Assembly: GCA_963703225.1 (NCBI GenBank)
Contig: OY969801.1
Span: 1,600,001-1,664,000, forward strand
Source: Candidatus Eiseniibacteriota bacterium
GTDB lineage: Bacteria > Eisenbacteria > RBG-16-71-46 > SZUA-252
DNA length: 64,000 nt
Reading direction: 5' to 3'
Shown piece after piece: positions 60,018 through 64,000 of the stretch. Within the stretch, counting starts at the first letter, position 1, and each line of letters begins with the position of its first letter. The translations under genes and the position numbers were made by a program. The notes beneath the pieces were generated by a model. That model worked only from the letters and a program-made list of their open reading frames with translations, was not told the origin of the DNA and ran no database searches.

Positions 60018-61495
60018 GCGGCCTCCGAAAGCGCGATCGGGGGGAGCCGCCGCGCCGCGTCGCTCTGTTTCTCCCAAGCGCGTGCGACACGCAAAAGGGT
60101 CTCCTCGTCGAAGGGTCTCCCCGCGAGCTGGAGGCCGATCGGCAATCCCTGGCGCGTGAATCCCGCGGGGAACGACAGCGCCGGCACCCCCGCGAGCGAC
60201 GCGGGGATCGAGTAGATGTCGTTCAAGTACATCGCCAGCGGGTCATCCGATTTCTCGCCGATGGCGAAGGGGGGCGTCGGCGTGACCGGCAGCAAGAGCG
60301 CGTCGACCCGCTGGAACGCCTCGGTGAAATCCCGACGGATGAGCGTCCGGACGCGTTGGGCGCGGAGGTAGTAGGCGTCGTAGTAGCCGGCGGAGAGCGC
60401 GTACGTGCCGAGGAGGATCCGCCGCTTCACCTCCCGCCCGAAACCCTGGCCGCGCGTCGTCTCGTACATCCCCTTGAGGATTCCCTCGGGGATGCGCAAA
60501 CCGTACCGCACGCCGTCATACCGCGCCAGGTTGCTCGACGCCTCGGCCGGCGCGATCAGGTAATAGGTTGCGATCGCGTGGCGCGCGTGCGGCAGCGCCA
60601 CCTCCGACACCACCGCTCCCTCCGATACCAACGCCTTCGACACCGCGTCGAAGCAGCCGCGGATCTCGGGGTCGAGCCCTTCCCCCAAAAGCTCCGGCAC
60701 CACGCCGATCTTGAGCCCTCGGACCCCGCGCTCGAGGTTCTCCAGCGGGACGGACCGGGTCTCGGGACGGCTCGTCATGTCGCGCGCGTCGACCCCGGAG
60801 ATCACGTTGAAGAGGAGCGCCGCGTCGCGCGCGCTCGTCGCGAGCGGGCCGATCTGATCGAGCGACGAGGCGAACGCCACCAAGCCGTAGCGCGAGACCG
60901 CGCCGTAGGTCGGCTTGAGCCCGACCACGCCGCAGAAGGCGGCCGGCTGGCGCACCGAGCCCCCGGTGTCCGATCCGAGCGCGAGCGGCGCCTCCCGGGC
61001 CGCCACCGTGGCCGCCGAGCCTCCGCTCGAGCCCCCGGGGACGAGGGCCACGTTCCACGGATTGCGCGTCGGCTGGTAGGCTGAGTTCTCCGTCGATGAT
61101 CCCATCGCGAACTCATCGCAGTTCGTCTTGCCGAAGAGGATCGCCCCCGCGGCGCGCAGCCGCTCGATGACATGGGCGTCGTAGGGGGGGCGGTACCCTT
61201 CAAGAATTCGCGAGGCACAGGTCGTCGGGACGCCGCGAACGCAGATGTTGTCCTTGATCGCCACGGGGACTCCCGCCAGTGGGCCGAGCGAGTCCCCTCT
61301 CTTCTTCTTGCCGTCGATCTCGGCCGCCGACGTCACGATCGCGTCGGGTGCCAGGTCGAGGTACGTGCCGAGCTTGGCCGCCGTCCGGTCCGCCCGCGCG
61401 AGGAACGCCCGCGCGACTTCGACCGCGCTCCGATCCCCCGACGCGACCGAGCGCGCCAGGGACTCGGCCGATTCCTGTGTGAGATCGACGCTCAT
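60014..61495 (-). CDS. gatA: Asp/Glu-tRNA amidotransferase subunit A
   Basis: KDN, DEFAMGSS, GGSSGGS, GSDTGGSVRQPA, SSNLARYDG. Confidence 0.97.
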   Translation of the reverse strand: MSVDLTQESAESLARSVASGDRSAVEVARAFLARADRTAAKLGTYLDLAPDAIVTSAAEIDGKKKRGDSLGPLAGVPVAIKDNICVRGVPTTCASRILEGYRPPYDAHVIERLRAAGAILFGKTNCDEFAMGSSTENSAYQPTRNPWNVALVPGGSSGGSAATVAAREAPLALGSDTGGSVRQPAAFCGVVGLKPTYGAVSRYGLVAFASSLDQIGPLATSARDAALLFNVISGVDARDMTSRPETRSVPLENLERGVRGLKIGVVPELLGEGLDPEIRGCFDAVSKALVSEGAVVSEVALPHARHAIATYYLIAPAEASSNLARYDGVRYGLRIPEGILKGMYETTRGQGFGREVKRRILLGTYALSAGYYDAYYLRAQRVRTLIRRDFTEAFQRVDALLLPVTPTPPFAIGEKSDDPLAMYLNDIYSIPASLAGVPALSFPAGFTRQGLPIGLQLAGRPFDEETLLRVARAWEKQSDAARRLPPIALSEAA

Positions 61496-61779
61496 ACGAC
61501 CCGCGGCACCCGGAAGTAGTCCCCGTCTCTATCGGGAGCCTGCTCCAGCGCCTCCTCCCGCACGCCCGCGTCGCGGTCCTCGTCGGGGCGGAGCGCGGGC
61601 GGCGTACCGGCGATCACGCTGCTCGTCGGCTCGATTCCCGAGACGTCGATCGACTGGAGCTGCTCCACGTAGGCCAGGATGGCCTGAAGCTCGCGGACAT
61701 AGCGCTCCTCCTCGGCGGGATCGACGTGAAGCCGCGCGAGCGCCGCGATATGGCGGACGGTTCCGCGATCAATCGGCAT
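61492..61779 (-). CDS. gatC: Asp/Glu-tRNA amidotransferase subunit C
   Basis: VRHIAALARL, ILAYVEQL, YFRVPRVV. Confidence 0.93.
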   Translation of the reverse strand: MPIDRGTVRHIAALARLHVDPAEEERYVRELQAILAYVEQLQSIDVSGIEPTSSVIAGTPPALRPDEDRDAGVREEALEQAPDRDGDYFRVPRVV

Positions 61780-63904
61780 GGCTCAACTCCGCGAACGCGG
61801 CGAGAATCTTCTTCACCCCCGCGCGTCGAAACTGGACGGTCAGCTTGGCCCGCTCCCCCATTCCCTCGCACGCGACCACCACCCCTTCTCCGAATTGCGG
61901 ATGGATCACCCGCACCCCGACGGGGTTGGGGCCGCCGGTTGGAGCCGGCGCCGAAGCTCGGCGCGTCGTCCTCCGGCGAGGGGTCGCCCAGACGTCGCTC
62001 TCCTCCACCACCATGCAGTCGGGCGGGATCTCCGAGAGAAACCGGGACATCCCGCCGCCCGTCGCGTTCCACGCCCGCCGGTAGGTCGCGTGCAGGAGCC
62101 GGACCTCCTTCTGCGCCCGGGTCAGCGCGACGTAAAAGAGCCTCCGCTCCTCCTCCAGCTGCGCCGGATCGTCGAGGGACGACGAATGCGGCAAGAGCCC
62201 TTCCTCCAACCCCACGATCATGACGACCGGGAATTCGAGCCCCTTCGCGGCGTGGATCGTCATCAGATTGACCGTGTCTTCGGCGTCATCCCAGAGGTCG
62301 ACGTCGGTGAGGAGCGACACCTCCGCCAGAAATCCTTCGACGCTCGGCTCCTCCGCGCGCCGCGCGTAGGCCTCGGCGCCCGCGACCAGTTCCTCGACGT
62401 TCTCGATCCGCTCCGCCGCCTCGGAGGGATTCTCCTCCATGAGATGCTCCCGGAATCGAATCGCCGCCAGAAGCTCGGCGACGCAGACCGCGGGCGGCAG
62501 CGCGAGGAGCGGCGCGAGCGCCGCGAAGCGAGCCCCGGCGTCCGCGAGCTTCTTCGCCGGCGCGGAGCCGATCGCGCCGGAAAGCTCGGGATGGTGAAGC
62601 GCCTCCGGCACCGTGAGCCCGCGCGATTCCATGAACTCGCGAAGCCGGTCGAGCGTGGTCTTCCCGATCCCGCGAGGGGGCACATTGAGAACCCGAAACC
62701 ACGAGACGGTGTCGCGCGGCTGCGCCAGCGCCCTCAGGTAGGCGAGCACGTCCTTGACCTCCCGGCGCTCGTAGAAGGAAATGCCGCCGGTGAGCTGGTA
62801 CGGGATCGCGGAGCGACGGAGCGCGTTCTCCACGGCGCGGGATTGCGCGTTGGTCCTGTAAAGCACGACGAAGTCCTTGTTCGAGCGCGATTCCCGCCGG
62901 CGAAGCTCCAGGAGCAGCGAGACCACCTTCTCCCCCTCCGCCTCCTCGTCGGGGAGCACGTGCAGCGTGAGCGGGTCGCCCGCGTCATTCTCGGTCCAAA
63001 GCTCCTTCTCCTTCCGGCCCACGTTGTGCCGGACGACGCCATGGGCCGCGCGCAGGATCATCTTCGTCGAGCGATAGTTTTGCGTCATGCGGAGCACGGT
63101 CGCGTCCGGAAATCGCTTCTCGAACGAGAGAATGTTCCCGACGTCGGCGCCCCGCCACCCGTAGATCGACTGGTCGTCGTCGCCCACCACCATCAGGTTT
63201 CGATGGACGCCGGAGAGCCGCTCGATCAGCCCGAATTGGATCGCGTTCGTGTCCTGGTACTCGTCGACCAGGACATGGCGGAACCGCCCGGCGTAGTCCA
63301 GCCGGACCGCCTCGTCGAGATCGAGAAGGCGAACCGTGTAGAGAATCAGGTCGTCGAAGTCCATCGCCGCCCGGTCCCGGAGGGCCTTGGCATACCCCGC
63401 GTAGACCGTGGCCAGACGCCTGTCGATCGGGCTCCTCGCCGTCTTCTCAAACTCCGCCGGGTCGATGCCCTCGTTCTTGAGGCGCGAGATCCTCGATCCC
63501 GCGCCCGCGGGGGTCAGCGCGGTGTCGGCTCCGCCCACGTCCTTGAGCAGCTCGCGCAGGAGCGTGCGCTGGTCGTCGGTGTCGTAGATGACAAACCCGC
63601 GAGGGTAGCCGAGCGACTCGGCGTGGCGGCGGAGGATCCGGACGCAGGTGGCGTGAAACGTGCCGAGCCAGACGCGGATTTCGGCGCCGCCGAGGAGCGA
63701 TTCCACGCGCTCCCTCATCTCGCGCGCGGCCTTGTTGGTGAACGTGAAGGCGAGGATCGCGCCCTGGGGAACGTCCCGCTCGCGAACCAGGTGGGCGATC
63801 CGCCCGGTCAGGACACGGGTCTTTCCACTCCCCGCGCCCGCCAGGACCAGCAGGGGGCCACCGGGGTGCTCGACCGCCTGCCGCTGGACCGGGTTCAATT
63901 CCAC
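61769..63904 (-). CDS. pcrA: ATP-dependent DNA helicase PcrA/UvrD
   Basis: AGAGSGKT, TFTNKAA, VDEYQDTN, QNYRST, LYRTNAQSR, EERRLFYVALTRA; C-terminal Tudor HPQFGEG. Confidence 0.95.
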   Translation of the reverse strand: MELNPVQRQAVEHPGGPLLVLAGAGSGKTRVLTGRIAHLVRERDVPQGAILAFTFTNKAAREMRERVESLLGGAEIRVWLGTFHATCVRILRRHAESLGYPRGFVIYDTDDQRTLLRELLKDVGGADTALTPAGAGSRISRLKNEGIDPAEFEKTARSPIDRRLATVYAGYAKALRDRAAMDFDDLILYTVRLLDLDEAVRLDYAGRFRHVLVDEYQDTNAIQFGLIERLSGVHRNLMVVGDDDQSIYGWRGADVGNILSFEKRFPDATVLRMTQNYRSTKMILRAAHGVVRHNVGRKEKELWTENDAGDPLTLHVLPDEEAEGEKVVSLLLELRRRESRSNKDFVVLYRTNAQSRAVENALRRSAIPYQLTGGISFYERREVKDVLAYLRALAQPRDTVSWFRVLNVPPRGIGKTTLDRLREFMESRGLTVPEALHHPELSGAIGSAPAKKLADAGARFAALAPLLALPPAVCVAELLAAIRFREHLMEENPSEAAERIENVEELVAGAEAYARRAEEPSVEGFLAEVSLLTDVDLWDDAEDTVNLMTIHAAKGLEFPVVMIVGLEEGLLPHSSSLDDPAQLEEERRLFYVALTRAQKEVRLLHATYRRAWNATGGGMSRFLSEIPPDCMVVEESDVWATPRRRTTRRASAPAPTGGPNPVGVRVIHPQFGEGVVVACEGMGERAKLTVQFRRAGVKKILAAFAELSHAD

Positions 63905-63911
63905 GAAACGA

Positions 63912-64000
63912 TCAGTACTCCAGACGAACTTTGAGGTCGAGGCTGTACTCTGTGGTCGGCAGATCCTGCGTCGCAGGCGGCCGGCGGATCTGCTGCCCCT
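63912..64000 (-). CDS. 3' end of an upstream gene, possibly an outer-membrane beta-barrel
   Basis: Reads ...QDLPTTEYSLDLKVRLEY*; alternating beta-strand ending in an aromatic residue. Confidence 0.45.
   Translation of the reverse strand, partial: GQQIRRPPATQDLPTTEYSLDLKVRLEY

Noticed and set aside
61778..63934. Long + strand ORF (718 aa) and many similar antisense or alternate-frame ORFs across the window
   Set aside because: Shadows of well-supported genes; high GC suppresses stop codons, and the translations have no recognisable motifs.

Overview
High-GC bacterial chromosomal segment from a diderm (lapA/lapB, AsmA). A T9SS/FlgD-type C-terminal domain and a bat/moxR locus suggest an FCB-related lineage such as Ca. 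Eisenbacteria; this taxonomy is inference only. Bases 1-13.3 kb form a minus-strand housekeeping run: M16 peptidase, site-2 protease, trpS, scpAB, rluB, hisC, aroA, a cmk-plsC fusion, ispH, rpsA, lapA and lapB. Bases 13.4-30.4 kb are a mostly plus-strand, more accessory-looking block around two tRNAs (Ala-GGC, Leu-CAA). It holds a Mur ligase, pruA, lepB, dodecin, a secreted beta-helix protein, an internally deleted CAAX protease, an atypical A-family heme-copper oxidase operon lacking the K-channel lysine, and a cadherin/PKD adhesin bracketed by a 36-bp tRNA-Leu duplication. An ORF-free, promoter- and terminator-bounded structured RNA candidate lies divergent from tRNA-Leu. Bases 30.5-35.8 kb hold signalling genes: GAF-GAF-PP2C, an HExxH protein, PTS-IIA plus a C4 zinc ribbon, and a TPR gene behind a sigma54/IHF-type promoter. 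Bases 35.8-64 kb are one long minus-strand run: pcrA, gatCAB, purDE, tsaC, a YwlE-type phosphatase, ilvE, glyA, moxR-DUF58-batA-E, SDR, deoxyhypusine-synthase-like, pentaheme cytochrome, DegT, AsmA and an ABC-2 exporter. Single-base frameshifts in rpsA, pruA and the adhesin are most likely assembly errors. No CRISPR, rRNA, transposase or integrase was seen. All product calls come from motif recognition, not database searches.
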